This document shows, one piece after another, positions 31,317-41,495 of a stretch of 64,000 nucleotides of DNA (position 1 is its first letter; each line of letters opens with the position of its first letter). Below the pieces are notes generated by a model that was not told the DNA's origin, searched no databases, and was given only the letters and a program-made list of their open reading frames with translations. The stretch is from an archaeon SCG-AAA382B04 (GTDB lineage: Archaea > Halobacteriota > Methanonatronarchaeia > Methanonatronarchaeales > Methanonatronarchaeaceae), in the NCBI GenBank assembly GCA_003034855.1, contig PZKD01000125.1, forward strand, positions 19,521 through 83,520. Direction: 5' to 3'. A program made the position numbers and the translations under genes.

Positions 31317-32513
31317 TTATTCCTCCTCTTCTTTTTCTCCAAATGCTATTCTTTTTATTGCGTGTGCACCTATACCAGCTGCTGTGATTACTGCACCTGC
31401 TTTTGCGAAGTCTCCTACATCAAATCCTAAGATTGATGGTAAGCCTTCTATAGGTTCGTTAAATGGCCTAAATGCTTCTGGAAATCCTGGTTGAGTACAT
31501 CCTATGCAAGGTCCACCGCTTTCCATACAATAAGTGTTGTGACCGTGCCATTGTTGTTCTGGGCAGTTTGCATAAGTTACTGGTGCCTTACATCCTAGTT
31601 TCCAAAGACAACCATCATCACTATATGTTTCGGCGAAGTTTCCTCTGCCGTATTCTCCTCTTCGTGTGCATGATTGGTGTTCTATTTCTCCAAACATGTC
31701 GAGTGGTCTGTGATATTCGTCTACCCAACCTCCTATCGCATCTGGAGTGGGTATTCTGTTAAGTAGTGCTGCTACTACAACGGGCATAATCCATTCTGGT
31801 GAAACTGGGCATCCTGGGACGTTTACTACTGGATAACCAAGTCCTGATTCATAATCTGCTCCTAAGTATCCTCCTAACTTCTTTTTATTGAGTTCTCCGT
31901 TTTCTTCTACACCGAATTGTAATCCTTTAGCTCCTGTTACATCATGTCCATTTGGTGCTCCGGGAATTCCTCCCCAGCAGGCACATGCTCCTACTGCAAC
32001 GGTGAGTGATGCGTTATCTGCTGCTGCGTCTAGATGTTCAATGAAGGGTTTGCCTCCTATTCGTAAGAAGTTCCCATCCATTTTGTCTTGAACTGCTCCT
32101 TCAACAACCAAGATATAATCTTCATCTCCATGGACAATGTCTTCAAATTGTTTTAGAGCATTGTAGTCTTCATCCACTGATTCTCCATCAACTTTAACTC
32201 CTGTTTGGTAACCAATTACTTCGTGATAGGCAACATCTACACTTACTCCATCCACTCCAGTAACAGCTTCAACTATACTTGGTTCTTCAGCATTTAAAAG
32301 TGAAATTGAACATCCTGCGCATTCTGCTCCAGATAACCAAACTAGCTTTGTGCTTGATTGAGCTAGGGCAGGTTCTACATTATCTATTAGCGTTGAAACT
32401 CCTAATGCTGATGCTGTTGCAAATGAAGCTTTTAAAAAGTCTCTTCTATTAATATCTAACAGGTTCAGGTCTTTGAGTTCTTTTTCACTTAAATCACTAA
32501 AATCTCTACTCAT
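31317..32513 (-). CDS. [NiFe] hydrogenase small subunit with twin-arginine signal and C-terminal anchor
   Basis: 398 aa. Tat motif NRRDFLK, Fe-S cysteine clusters, hydrophobic C-terminal helix AGAVITAAGIGAHAI. Confidence 0.95.
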   Translation of the reverse strand: MSRDFSDLSEKELKDLNLLDINRRDFLKASFATASALGVSTLIDNVEPALAQSSTKLVWLSGAECAGCSISLLNAEEPSIVEAVTGVDGVSVDVAYHEVIGYQTGVKVDGESVDEDYNALKQFEDIVHGDEDYILVVEGAVQDKMDGNFLRIGGKPFIEHLDAAADNASLTVAVGACACWGGIPGAPNGHDVTGAKGLQFGVEENGELNKKKLGGYLGADYESGLGYPVVNVPGCPVSPEWIMPVVVAALLNRIPTPDAIGGWVDEYHRPLDMFGEIEHQSCTRRGEYGRGNFAETYSDDGCLWKLGCKAPVTYANCPEQQWHGHNTYCMESGGPCIGCTQPGFPEAFRPFNEPIEGLPSILGFDVGDFAKAGAVITAAGIGAHAIKRIAFGEKEEEE

Positions 32514-32529
32514 ATTCTAAAAAACCTCC

Positions 32530-32561
32530 TTGTTTCTTTCACTCTTTGTTTCTTTCACTCT
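32530..32561. repeat. perfect tandem duplication (2 x 16 nt, ttgtttctttcactct) in the hydrogenase leader
   Basis: Read directly from the sequence. On the coding strand it abuts the AGGAGG Shine-Dalgarno sequence of the small-subunit gene. Confidence 0.9.
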
Positions 32562-32742
32562 TTTCTCCCCTTATACCTTAGGGTAACAATATTGGTTTAT
32601 ATAATTTATGGATTTCTCATCCCAAAAGAACCAATTGGTATCTAAAAATACTCTTATTTTGTTTACTTCCTAAATTAAAAGAGTTAGGTAATCTCTAGGC
32701 CATAAGGTTTTTAAGTACAAATTCTGGGTTTTTATGGTATCT

Positions 32743-34026
32743 TTAGTCAATCATCCTACCAATTTGATCTTGAAAAACACCATCCTTGTAAATTACCTTG
32801 CCTCTAAGAATGGTTTTTTGTGGAAATATAGCTTCTTTACCCTGATATGGTGTCCAATTACATTTTGAATGCATCTTATTTTTATCTATCTTTTCAATTT
32901 CGTTGAAATCCATTAAAACTAAATCTGCATCTCTTCCCTCTCTTATAGAATCCTTATTTAGGCCAAAAATATTTGCAGGTTTTTTAGATATAGCTTCTAT
33001 TAGTCTACTTAGGCCTAAATTATTTCTCTTAACCTGGTAGGCCATAAGAGGATACATCGCTTGTACTCCAGGTACTCCCGATGGTGATTTCCAAAATTCT
33101 TGGTTTTTTTCATCTAGTGTATGTGGCGCATGATCTGAGGCCAAAATATCGATTTTATTAGCTCTAAATAATTTCCATAACCAAGCCCTATTTTTAGATT
33201 TCCTAATAGGTGGATTTGTCTTTAAAAAAGATCCTTGTTCTTCAAAATCCTTTTTTTCAAAAAATAGGTGATGAGGCGTAATTTCAGAAGTATTATTTGT
33301 CCGAGCTATGATTTTAGCACCTTGTTTGGTGGTGATATGGCAAAAATGTAAGTCCTGTTTTTGTGTAATTTTCAAAATTTCGTTTATGGCTCTTGTTTCA
33401 GCTGATTTAGGCCTAGATTGGGGGTAGTTAATTTTGTCTCTTTCTTCAAATCTTTTTTTGCCTTTTTTTAGAACTCCCCTGTCTTCCGCATGTATACAGG
33501 CTTTTTTATCTAATTCATTTATCTCTGAAAGAATTTGATTTGCTTTTTCATGAGGTAACCCCAATTTACCTCTTTGGGTGTAAAATATCTCACCAAAAGC
33601 AGATACTCCTCTCTTGGCAAGACCTTTTAAATCAGAATCCTCGGTTGCCGCTCCATTTATTCCAAAATCTACGAAGGATTTCTTTTCAGCTCTTTTTTTC
33701 TTTTTATCAAACGCTTCCTTGGTTTTAATAGGTGGGTTCGTGTTTGGGTGATCAAATACTGTTGTAACTCCTCCAGCTGCCGCTGCTTTACTCCCAGTTT
33801 CCCAATCCTCCTTGTGTTTTTCTTTAAAATCTCTAAAATGAACATGAACATCTATACCTGCAGGTAAAACAATACATCCTGTAGCATCTATTTCTTCTCC
33901 TTTTAATCCTATTTTTTTGATATTAGTTATCTTACCATTTTCTATTCCTATTTCTGCTTCAATTAATCTATTTTCGTAGAGTATTCTGCCATTTTTAACT
34001 ACCTTCATCGATTTCTCGCTCCTCAA
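32743..34026 (-). CDS. pyrC: dihydroorotase (amidohydrolase superfamily)
   Basis: 427 aa. DVHVHFRD metal-binding motif and ASDHAPH. An alternative start (MKVVKNG) lies at 34008. Confidence 0.85.
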   Translation of the reverse strand: MRSEKSMKVVKNGRILYENRLIEAEIGIENGKITNIKKIGLKGEEIDATGCIVLPAGIDVHVHFRDFKEKHKEDWETGSKAAAAGGVTTVFDHPNTNPPIKTKEAFDKKKKRAEKKSFVDFGINGAATEDSDLKGLAKRGVSAFGEIFYTQRGKLGLPHEKANQILSEINELDKKACIHAEDRGVLKKGKKRFEERDKINYPQSRPKSAETRAINEILKITQKQDLHFCHITTKQGAKIIARTNNTSEITPHHLFFEKKDFEEQGSFLKTNPPIRKSKNRAWLWKLFRANKIDILASDHAPHTLDEKNQEFWKSPSGVPGVQAMYPLMAYQVKRNNLGLSRLIEAISKKPANIFGLNKDSIREGRDADLVLMDFNEIEKIDKNKMHSKCNWTPYQGKEAIFPQKTILRGKVIYKDGVFQDQIGRMID

Positions 34027-34591
34027 TTAATCCATTTGGGGTTTTCTCTGAGAATACTTGGCCTTCAAATTTAAAATAGTCTACTTCTTCATCCAACCAT
34101 GAATCTGGTTGTAATCCAGCTTTAATTGCTGTTTGAGATAAAAATTCAACTTCATCCCAATTATTGTCAACTGGAACTTGGGGCAACAACAACCCCCTTC
34201 GACTATCTGAGGAGGCTATTAGTCCATGTTTCCCTATCTCTATTTTTTGAGCTCTATCCCTTGAATCTCCTCCTATCTTTTTAGGTTTTGTTAATACTGT
34301 TACCTCAATAGTTATCTCATCAATTTCTTTTTCTTCTAAAGGTGGGAACCTTGGATCATTTAGGGCAGAATCTTTTGATGCTTCTATTATTCCTTTTTTA
34401 AGGATTTGATTGGGGTATGGTCTGCCTATACAGCCTCTTAGCTCTCCTTCTTTTTCTATTGTTACAAAAACTCCTCTTTTATTTTCAAAACTAGGTGATA
34501 ATTCAATTTCTTGGTTTATTTCTCGGAATTCTGATTCGATAGAATTTCTTGCTAATTTGACTGCTTTTTTTCCTTCTTCTAGAGAAAGCAT
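33995..34591 (-). CDS. AMMECR1-domain protein (AmmeMemoRadiSam system protein A)
   Basis: 198 aa. LRGCIGRPYP and DPRFPP motifs. Confidence 0.85.
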   Translation of the reverse strand: MLSLEEGKKAVKLARNSIESEFREINQEIELSPSFENKRGVFVTIEKEGELRGCIGRPYPNQILKKGIIEASKDSALNDPRFPPLEEKEIDEITIEVTVLTKPKKIGGDSRDRAQKIEIGKHGLIASSDSRRGLLLPQVPVDNNWDEVEFLSQTAIKAGLQPDSWLDEEVDYFKFEGQVFSEKTPNGLIEEREIDEGS

Positions 34592-34820
34592 TTTTTCTCC
34601 TCTTTAGTAACTTCTTTTTCCTGATTGATTATTTTTACTTTTTTACAAGGACATCTCTTTGAATATAATATGAGATAGAGGGTTTTCATCTTCTTTGGAA
34701 TAAAGAGACCTTCTTATGAAACAATTTAACTCTAAATATTGTTTTTGGATGTATAGATAGATATAAGTGGATGAAGGAAGTATTGGAAATAGAAATATTT
34801 AAAAAAAGTTGTGATAATTT

Positions 34821-34982
34821 ATGACAGTTAGATGTACTTCATGTGGTATAACCATTTCTGGAGAAGCTTATACCTCCTTCCCTTGTCCAGAGAATGGAAA
34901 TGAGGAAATAGTTAGGTGCAAAGAGTGTAGGAAGCAAAGTAATAAATATAAATGCCCAGAATGTGGATTTCTAGGACCGTGA
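34821..34982 (+). CDS. 53-aa zinc-ribbon protein that commonly precedes archaeal EF-1beta
   Basis: My own translation: [53 protein letters not shown]. It has CxxC pairs and lies 6 nt upstream of the EF-1beta gene. Confidence 0.6.
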   Translation: MTVRCTSCGITISGEAYTSFPCPENGNEEIVRCKECRKQSNKYKCPECGFLGP

Positions 34983-34988
34983 TATCAA

Positions 34989-35255
34989 ATGGGAAAAGTC
35001 GCTGCTAAGATTGAGGTAATGCCCAAAGATGCTGAGACCAATCTTAAGAAGGTTAAGGAACAAATTTTGTATAATCTCGAAGATGTGGATATCAGAAGTG
35101 TAGATGAAGAAGATGTAGCATTTGGCTTGAAGAAATTAATGATGACTATTGTTGTAGCTGATGATGAAGGCGGGACAGAAGAAGTGGAAGAAAAGATTAG
35201 AGAATTGGACGATGTGGAAAATGTTACTGTCAAAGATGTTAATAGGCTAATGTAA
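34989..35255 (+). CDS. translation elongation factor 1-beta
   Basis: 88 aa. MGKVAAKIEVMP...AFGLKKL sequence typical of aEF-1beta. Confidence 0.9.
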   Translation: MGKVAAKIEVMPKDAETNLKKVKEQILYNLEDVDIRSVDEEDVAFGLKKLMMTIVVADDEGGTEEVEEKIRELDDVENVTVKDVNRLM

Positions 35256-35257
35256 TC

Positions 35258-36157
35258 TTATTTTTCTAATAATTTTATTAGAAGAGCTTTTTCGGTATGT
35301 AATCTGTTTTCGGCTTGCTCATAAATAACTGAGTGTTGACTATCCACTAATTCTCTCTCTATTTCTCTCCCTTTGATGGGCATACAGTGCATTATTATTA
35401 CGTCATTTTCTGCTATTTCTACTAATTCATTTGTGATCTTGAAGCCTGAAAAGTCTTTTATTTTGGATTTATTCTCTTTTTCTCCTGTTGAAAACCATAC
35501 GTCGGTGTAGAGTACATCTGCATCTTTAGCTACTTCTTTAGGTTCGTTTGATATTTTTAATTCTCCTCCAAGTTCTTTTGCTTTTTGTATTATCTCTTCA
35601 TCCGGTTCATATCCTTTTGGAGTGGCTACTGATGTCTTAATATTCATTAAAGAATTTGCTAATATGTTTGAATGGCAAACATTGTTGCCATCACCAATCC
35701 ATCCAAATTTTAGATTTTTTAAGTCTTTTTTGTATTCTTGGATTGTTTGCAAATCCGCTAGAGCCTGACAAGGGTGATATTTTTTGGTCATTGCATTTAT
35801 TATTGGTATTTTTGAGTTTTTGGCTAATTCCTTTATTTTTTGGTGGTCTAGTGCTCTTATAGCAACGGCATCTAGGTATTTTGATAAGACTCTGCCTGTG
35901 TCTTTTAGTCCTTCTCCTCTTGCTAGTTGTAATTGGTTTTGGTCCATAAAGATGGAGTTCCCGCCTAGTTCAGAGATTCCTACTGAAAATGATATTCTCG
36001 TCCTGGTGCTTGGGGTTTCAAAGAATAGTCCAATATTAGTATCGTCTAACTTGTGATGGGTTTTTTTCTTTTTTCTCTTTTCTTTGAGAGCAGATGAGGA
36101 TCTCAAAAGATTTTTAATTTCTTCTTTTTTTAGGTCAGTTATTTTTAGAAAAATCAT
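35258..36157 (-). CDS. argF: ornithine carbamoyltransferase-like carbamoyltransferase
   Basis: 299 aa. [21 protein letters not shown] and HCMPIKGRE resemble the OTCase motifs (DxxxSMG, HCLP) more than the ATCase motif (HPLPR). Confidence 0.65.
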   Translation of the reverse strand: MIFLKITDLKKEEIKNLLRSSSALKEKRKKKKTHHKLDDTNIGLFFETPSTRTRISFSVGISELGGNSIFMDQNQLQLARGEGLKDTGRVLSKYLDAVAIRALDHQKIKELAKNSKIPIINAMTKKYHPCQALADLQTIQEYKKDLKNLKFGWIGDGNNVCHSNILANSLMNIKTSVATPKGYEPDEEIIQKAKELGGELKISNEPKEVAKDADVLYTDVWFSTGEKENKSKIKDFSGFKITNELVEIAENDVIIMHCMPIKGREIERELVDSQHSVIYEQAENRLHTEKALLIKLLEK

Positions 36158-37548
36158 CTTCTTATTTTTCTGATGTTTTGTATGCTTTCATTTATGTGTT
36201 CTTCTGAGGCTATATCCCATCTATTCCATAGGGCTCCATCTATTTTTTTAATTCCATTTAATGAGATTTCTCTAGCTTCTTTTATTGTATCAGAAACTCC
36301 TACAGTGCAAATAGATCTTGATGTGCCTGCTTTTATGGTTTTATCTTTTTTTATGAGATTCCCCTGGTGTATTTTTAGTTTATTTCCATATTTGTTTTGT
36401 TTTAGTTCATATAGTTCTTTTAATTTAACTGTCTTATTTCCAGAGTATTTTTCTCTAGCATTTCCATAAGTTGGTGGAACAGCGTAGGTTAGAGCTGTTC
36501 TTTTGTCCTTAAAGTTGAGTTCATTTAGGTTTTCTTTTAGGATTCTTATGCATACTTCGACTAAATCGTTTTCTAGTAGTGCCATTATGTTTTGACATTC
36601 AGGGTCACCGAACCTACTGTTGATTTCGAATAATTTGACTCCGTCGCGGGTGCAGATGTATCCCACATATAGTGGTACTCCTCTTAGTTGTTCTCTAGCA
36701 CCTTCTTTTCTGAGTTTTTTGAAAACTTGAGTTGCTATGTTTATTCCTTCTTGCCAGTCTCTTTTTTCCATGAATGGGAGTTTTGTCTTTTGGGTGGAGT
36801 ATGATCCCATTCCACCAGTGTTTGGTCCTAATCCTCTGTCGAAGGCTCTTTTATAGTCTCGAACTGGTGGTGTTGGAACTAAGTTTTTTCCATCTGATAT
36901 AAATTGTATACTAAATTCTTCGCCTCGGACTTTTTCTTCTATTATTACTTTTCCACCTTTGAGGTTGGGAAGGAACCAATCTTCGATTAATTCTTTTCTC
37001 CTATGGAAGTGGTCACCATAAACTCCTACTCCTTTACCTGCAGTAGGTGTATTTGGTTTAACTGCAACTTCTATTCCGTTTTCATCGAGCCAATTATTCA
37101 GGTCCTCTTTTGCTTGGTTGAGGTTTGAGTAATCTTCTTTAGAAAAGATTTTGTATTCTGGATTTGCCTCGGGATAGACCTCATCAATAAGTTTTCTCTG
37201 TCTTACTTTGCTTCCTTCTAATGCATAATCTGATGTTGGACAAATCACTCTTATATTGGTTTCTTCTTCTATTTTATCTCTCACACCGGCAATAATTGGA
37301 TCTTCTGGACCAACGATTCCAAAATCAATATCTTCTTCGTGGTTTTTTGCAAATTTCACTAAGTTGTCTACTGATAGTCCAGTTTTTTGGTGAGCTCCAT
37401 CTGTTTGTTTTGCTTTCTCAATTAGGTATGGGTTCTTTTGCTTATCCGCTATAAATAGTTTTGTTTCTCTATCTGAATCTAATAATTTGTCTACAATTGA
37501 TGTTGCTCTTGAGCCGTAGGCAACAACCATTATTCCTATTTTTTCCAT
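36154..37548 (-). CDS. purD: phosphoribosylamine-glycine ligase
   Basis: 464 aa, ATP-grasp organisation. [10 protein letters not shown] and [11 protein letters not shown] motifs. Confidence 0.75.
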   Translation of the reverse strand: MEKIGIMVVAYGSRATSIVDKLLDSDRETKLFIADKQKNPYLIEKAKQTDGAHQKTGLSVDNLVKFAKNHEEDIDFGIVGPEDPIIAGVRDKIEEETNIRVICPTSDYALEGSKVRQRKLIDEVYPEANPEYKIFSKEDYSNLNQAKEDLNNWLDENGIEVAVKPNTPTAGKGVGVYGDHFHRRKELIEDWFLPNLKGGKVIIEEKVRGEEFSIQFISDGKNLVPTPPVRDYKRAFDRGLGPNTGGMGSYSTQKTKLPFMEKRDWQEGINIATQVFKKLRKEGAREQLRGVPLYVGYICTRDGVKLFEINSRFGDPECQNIMALLENDLVEVCIRILKENLNELNFKDKRTALTYAVPPTYGNAREKYSGNKTVKLKELYELKQNKYGNKLKIHQGNLIKKDKTIKAGTSRSICTVGVSDTIKEAREISLNGIKKIDGALWNRWDIASEEHINESIQNIRKIRR

Positions 37549-38085
37549 CTAATTTCCCCCATCTTTTACTAAATCCTTTGATTCAAATATTGGGATTAAT
37601 TCAACCCCATGTTTTTTTAATAACTCTTTTGCTCCTTCCCCTCTATCAACAACGACTATAGATTTTTTAATTTCAACGTTTTGTTCTCTAATTATTTTTA
37701 TTGCATTTAGTAATGAGTTACCTGTTGTGGTGACGTCTTCAATCATCACTACGTCATCATTGGGATTAAATTCTCCTTCTATTCTCTCCTTGGTTCCATA
37801 TTCCTTTTTTTGCTTTCTAATCATGATGTATGGTTTTTTTGAATAGATTGAAGCAGAAACAACTAAGGGAATTCCACCAAGTGCTACTCCAGCTAATCTG
37901 TCAGCATCTTCTAGTTTTTCCGATATTTCTTTTCCTATTAGTTTGATAAACTCTGGAAAAGTGCTTGCCTTTTTGATGTCTATGTAATAATCGCTTTTTT
38001 TGCCTGAAGATAATTTAAATTCCCCAAATTTTAATGCTCCTGTTTTTTTTAGTATTTCTTTCAGTTTTTGTTTTCTTTGTTCCAT
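37549..38085 (-). CDS. pyrE: orotate phosphoribosyltransferase
   Basis: 178 aa. GALKFGEFKLSSGKKSDYYID and the PRPP motif VVMIEDVTTTGNS. Confidence 0.9.
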   Translation of the reverse strand: MEQRKQKLKEILKKTGALKFGEFKLSSGKKSDYYIDIKKASTFPEFIKLIGKEISEKLEDADRLAGVALGGIPLVVSASIYSKKPYIMIRKQKKEYGTKERIEGEFNPNDDVVMIEDVTTTGNSLLNAIKIIREQNVEIKKSIVVVDRGEGAKELLKKHGVELIPIFESKDLVKDGGN

Positions 38086-38223
38086 TTACCTATCCCCCTT
38101 GGGTGCACACTCTAGGCAAACACCCATCATTCTTCTGAAATGAGTCGAACAAACTGTTTTCTCACAGATTATGCACGTATGTTTGGATTTTATTTCTTTT
38201 CCACATATTTCGCAGCTTACCAT
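38086..38223 (-). CDS. 45-aa Cys/His-rich (double zinc-knuckle) micro-ORF
   Basis: My own translation: MVSCEICGKEIKSKHTCIICEKTVCSTHFRRMMGVCLECAPKGDR. Its ATG overlaps the carS stop (ccATGgTAA) and its stop abuts the pyrE ATG. Confidence 0.5.
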   Translation of the reverse strand: MVSCEICGKEIKSKHTCIICEKTVCSTHFRRMMGVCLECAPKGDR

Positions 38224-38750
38224 GGTTCTTCCTTTTTTCCTAATTTGTATCCCACATAGTTAATAAATAAATGGATTATTGGAGTCAGAATAAAGATTAT
38301 GAGTATATAATTAATGGTGAAGGTTTCATAAAACCAGTTTTTGTGTAATAACCGAGTCAAAAATAGTGCACCTATCAAGAAATCCAGTTGGTCAAATAGA
38401 GGGAAGGGATAGCCTCTTTTAAGTCCAATTCTCCTTTTAATGAAACTGAATAGGCTATCTCCCACCATGGATCCAATAGCTAATGATGCTATTATTAATA
38501 TGTTTTTATCAAAACCTAGGAGGCCGACTTTTTCAGAGAGAAAAATTTGGATTATTCCAATAGCTATTCCCGCTAAAGAGCCGCCTATAAATCCCTTAAT
38601 TGTTTTTCCATCACCCAAAATCCTCTTTCCATCAATGAAATTTTTTCTAAGATCCAAGGGAGTTTGACCCTGAAATAAAACTGCTGACGAATTTGGAACA
38701 TAGGCGGGTATAACTAACCATATTGCCGAGATAATTGAACCAATCATCAC
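38217..38750 (-). CDS. carS: CDP-archaeol synthase
   Basis: 177 aa, polytopic. PAYVPNSSAV and GKRILGDGKTIKGFIGG motifs of the CarS (DUF46) family. Confidence 0.8.
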   Translation of the reverse strand: MMIGSIISAIWLVIPAYVPNSSAVLFQGQTPLDLRKNFIDGKRILGDGKTIKGFIGGSLAGIAIGIIQIFLSEKVGLLGFDKNILIIASLAIGSMVGDSLFSFIKRRIGLKRGYPFPLFDQLDFLIGALFLTRLLHKNWFYETFTINYILIIFILTPIIHLFINYVGYKLGKKEEPW

Positions 38751-38870
38751 AACTTATCTTTGAAGGAAACAAATTTAAGGTTTATGTCTCTCTCCAAATA
38801 AATCATAAAAATGATTAATAGGATCAATAAATAAAGGTATTTATTAAACACCACAAAGAGAGGGGGTAAT

Positions 38871-40400
38871 TTGCTACCGAAGAAAACTACATCGATTTGT
38901 CCTGAATGTAAAAAAACTATTGATGCGGAAATTTTTGAAAAAAACGATGAAGTTTGGATAAAAAAAGATTGTTCTGAACATGGACACTTCGAGGATATTT
39001 ATTGGTCAGATGTTGAGATGTACAAGAGGGCTCAGAAATATCAGAATGATAACATAGGAATTAAAAACCCTCAAGTTGATGTGGATGAAGGATGTCCCCA
39101 AGATTGTGGTCTTTGTGATATCCATAAAAGTCAAACCTCACTAGCCAACATTGATTTGACTAATAGGTGTAATCTAGATTGTGGTTTTTGTTTTGCACAT
39201 GCCCAAGCCAAGGGATATGTCTACGAACCCTCTTTTGACCAAGTAGTTGACATGTTAAGGATGTTGAGAAACGAAAAACCTGTTCCTACAACAGCAGTTC
39301 AGTTCTCTGGTGGCGAACCCACCATGAGAGAAGATTTACCTCTTATCATAGAAAAAGCAGATGAATTGGGTTTTAATCAAATCCAAATAGCTACTAATGG
39401 AATAAAATTAGCTACTGACGAAGATTTAGCTGTTAAATTACTTGATGCTGGATTAAATACAGTTTATTTACATTTTGATGGTGTTAGTGAAGAAACTGAA
39501 CCTTACTTAAATGTTAGGAAACAGGCTATTGAGAATTGTAGAAAAGCAGGTTTAGGGTTGGTTCTTGTCCCTACTATAATCAAAGGTAAAAATGATGATG
39601 AAGTTGGAGATATAGTGAGATTTGCAGCTCAAAATGTTGACATAATTAGAGGAGTTAACTTCCAACCTATCGCATTCACAGGAGCAGCTACTAAACCAAA
39701 AGAAGAGAGGAAAAAAGAAAGATTCACCATTCCTGATCTAGGTGAAAAGCTAGAAGAAGGAACGGATGGGCGAATTAAAAAAAGTGATCTATACCCAATT
39801 CCTTCTGTTGTAAGTATCTCAAGGGTGATTGAAGCATACACTGGCAAACCAAAAGTTGAATTCTCTTGTCACCCAAATTGTGGCGCCGCAACCTATACCT
39901 TTGTAACAGATGATGGATTATTACCTATAAATCGATTTGTAGATGTCAAACAATTCTTCAATTCCCTAGAAGAAATCACTAGCGACCTAAATAATGGTTA
40001 CTTACCAAAGATTTCAGGTAAACTAAGTAGGTCAAAAGCAATAGTAAAAGCTGTTAGAGCACTAAACAAATCTATTGATCAAGAAAAACAACCAGAAGGA
40101 TTAAAACTGGGTGAAAGGTTAAATAAGGTCTTAAAAGAACATACCTATAACGCTTTAGGAAAATTCCATATGGAATCATTATTCATCGGTAGCATGCATT
40201 TTCAAGACAACTATAATTATGACTTAGAAAGATTAAAGAGATGCGTTATACATTATGCAACACCCGATGGAAGGATAATCCCCTTCTGCGCATACAATAG
40301 TGGTCCAACCTATAGAGAAAAAATAGAACAAAAGTTTAGTGTTCCATTAGAAGAATGGGAAAAAGAAAAAGGAAAAATAGAAAAATACGAGGATAAATAG
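38871..40400 (+). CDS. radical SAM protein with N-terminal Zn-ribbon, COG1964-like; candidate tetraether lipid synthase (Tes/GDGT-MAS)
   Basis: 509 aa. CPECKK...CSEHGH N-terminal metal site and the CNLDCGFC radical SAM motif. Its size and architecture match MJ0619-type enzymes, and it is divergent from carS. Confidence 0.55.
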   Translation: MLPKKTTSICPECKKTIDAEIFEKNDEVWIKKDCSEHGHFEDIYWSDVEMYKRAQKYQNDNIGIKNPQVDVDEGCPQDCGLCDIHKSQTSLANIDLTNRCNLDCGFCFAHAQAKGYVYEPSFDQVVDMLRMLRNEKPVPTTAVQFSGGEPTMREDLPLIIEKADELGFNQIQIATNGIKLATDEDLAVKLLDAGLNTVYLHFDGVSEETEPYLNVRKQAIENCRKAGLGLVLVPTIIKGKNDDEVGDIVRFAAQNVDIIRGVNFQPIAFTGAATKPKEERKKERFTIPDLGEKLEEGTDGRIKKSDLYPIPSVVSISRVIEAYTGKPKVEFSCHPNCGAATYTFVTDDGLLPINRFVDVKQFFNSLEEITSDLNNGYLPKISGKLSRSKAIVKAVRALNKSIDQEKQPEGLKLGERLNKVLKEHTYNALGKFHMESLFIGSMHFQDNYNYDLERLKRCVIHYATPDGRIIPFCAYNSGPTYREKIEQKFSVPLEEWEKEKGKIEKYEDK

Positions 40401-40402
40401 CT

Positions 40403-40624
40403 ATGTTTCCAAATGATAAAATAAAAGAACTAGTCAATAGTAAAATCAGAGTAGAGATGAAAGGAGAAGATTTAATCCTTGAAGGAAGATTAAGAGCAGC
40501 AGATGATTACATGAACATTCTCTTAGAAGACACAAAAGAAGTAGAGGATGAAAAAGAAAAAAGAGCTCTTGGATCAGTTTTACTAAGAGGTAACAACATC
40601 ATTTACATGGAAAAAATTGCTTAA
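40403..40624 (+). CDS. Sm-like archaeal protein (LSm)
   Basis: 73 aa. Sm1/Sm2 motifs ([35 protein letters not shown]). Confidence 0.9.
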   Translation: MFPNDKIKELVNSKIRVEMKGEDLILEGRLRAADDYMNILLEDTKEVEDEKEKRALGSVLLRGNNIIYMEKIA

Positions 40625-41082
40625 TCCAAAGATTCAAATACAAGTTCTATAGCTTGTTCTGGGCTTTGCGCCTTTTGAATGAATTTATGCTTAGCTAAGT
40701 GTTCTGAAAAACCGCTGCCTAGTCCAATTACCTTTTTACCGATCTTTTTAGAAATAGCTATTTCAGATAATGTTCCATATCCTCCTTTTATTGAGATTAA
40801 TGCATCCGAACTCTTTGCTACAAGCACATTTCTGGCTTCACCCATACCACTAACAACCACATAATCGACATATTGATTTGCATCTTCTTTTCTATCAGAG
40901 GGAATTATTCCAACAACCTCACCACCAACCTCACTACATCCTCTCGAAGCAGCTTCCATAACACCTCCAAGACCACCACAAACCAAGGTAGCTCTCTTTC
41001 CAATCAATTTTCCAACTCTGTAAGCTAATTCTTTAGTTTCAGAATCAGCTCTTCCAGAGCCAATGACACCAATTTGAACCAT
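40621..41082 (-). CDS. TIGR00725/LOG-family protein
   Basis: [13 protein letters not shown]...[14 protein letters not shown]...PGGYGTLSE-like motifs. I start it at the ATG at 41082, which is preceded by gagagga. The track's upstream extension runs into the GC-rich RNA island. Confidence 0.8.
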   Translation of the reverse strand: MVQIGVIGSGRADSETKELAYRVGKLIGKRATLVCGGLGGVMEAASRGCSEVGGEVVGIIPSDRKEDANQYVDYVVVSGMGEARNVLVAKSSDALISIKGGYGTLSEIAISKKIGKKVIGLGSGFSEHLAKHKFIQKAQSPEQAIELVFESLD

Positions 41083-41109
41083 ATTTATCCTCTCAAATTT
41101 TTTATAGTA

Positions 41110-41495
41110 GAGTATGGCAGAAAACCCCATGGCAAGCCGTGGGGATGAATGCCACACTTAAGTTGAAGTTGAAATGTTGGAGGAGAGCAACCTCTCCAAC
41201 AAGGTTTAAAGCTCCCTTTGTTGGCTGATAAGGCCATCTCCACATTGATGTGGGGGAGGTTCCCATCGCCAATGTTGGGACAGGCATTGAGACCATAGTG
41301 ATGTTGCACACCTAGGGACCACGATGTCGGTGTATTTCGTCCACTATGTTTTCCAAAGCCCGGTGGCTTGGGAGGCACCCACAGGGTGTTTGTCAAACAC
41401 ATAGCTCCGAACATAGCTCTTCTGCCACTTCCCTAAAGTGACATCGCATATGGCTAATCTCCTACCAAGCCCCGTCCCTTGGGGCAGAGTAGTTG
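41110..41495. ncRNA. GC-rich, helix-dense island: candidate large structured RNA of unknown class (strand unresolved)
   Basis: 33/60 G+C in 41341-41400 versus 18/60 in 41521-41580. There are many local and long-range helices (see finding). The overlapping ORFs have non-proteome-like composition. Confidence 0.5.

Noticed and set aside
35258-36157. Aspartate carbamoyltransferase (pyrB), as suggested by the pyrC/pyrE neighbours.
   Set aside because: The motifs DVWFSTGE and HCMPIKGRE resemble the OTCase signatures (DxxxSMG, HCLP), not the ATCase HPLPR. I called it argF-like with moderate confidence.
41085-41414. Track ORFs 41085..41414 and 41102..41311 (minus strand), and the N-terminal extension of 40621..41157, read as protein-coding.
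   Set aside because: Their translations are W/C/H/P/G-rich and unlike every confident protein here. They exist only because the GC-rich island lacks AT-rich stop codons. The LOG-like gene has a proper SD plus ATG at 41082.
41110-41430. Calling the GC-rich island RNase P RNA or SRP (7S) RNA, on the basis of its size and terminal pairing.
   Set aside because: By eye I could find neither the RNase P CR-I/CR-V core (GGAAAGUCC, ACAGAAnnnGGCUUA) nor the SRP helix-8 GGAAGGGAGCA-type motif on either strand. The partial resemblances (GGATGAATGCC, CCCGGTGGCTTG) sit in the wrong order or inside self-complementary hairpins. I left it unassigned. A covariance-model search could still overturn this.
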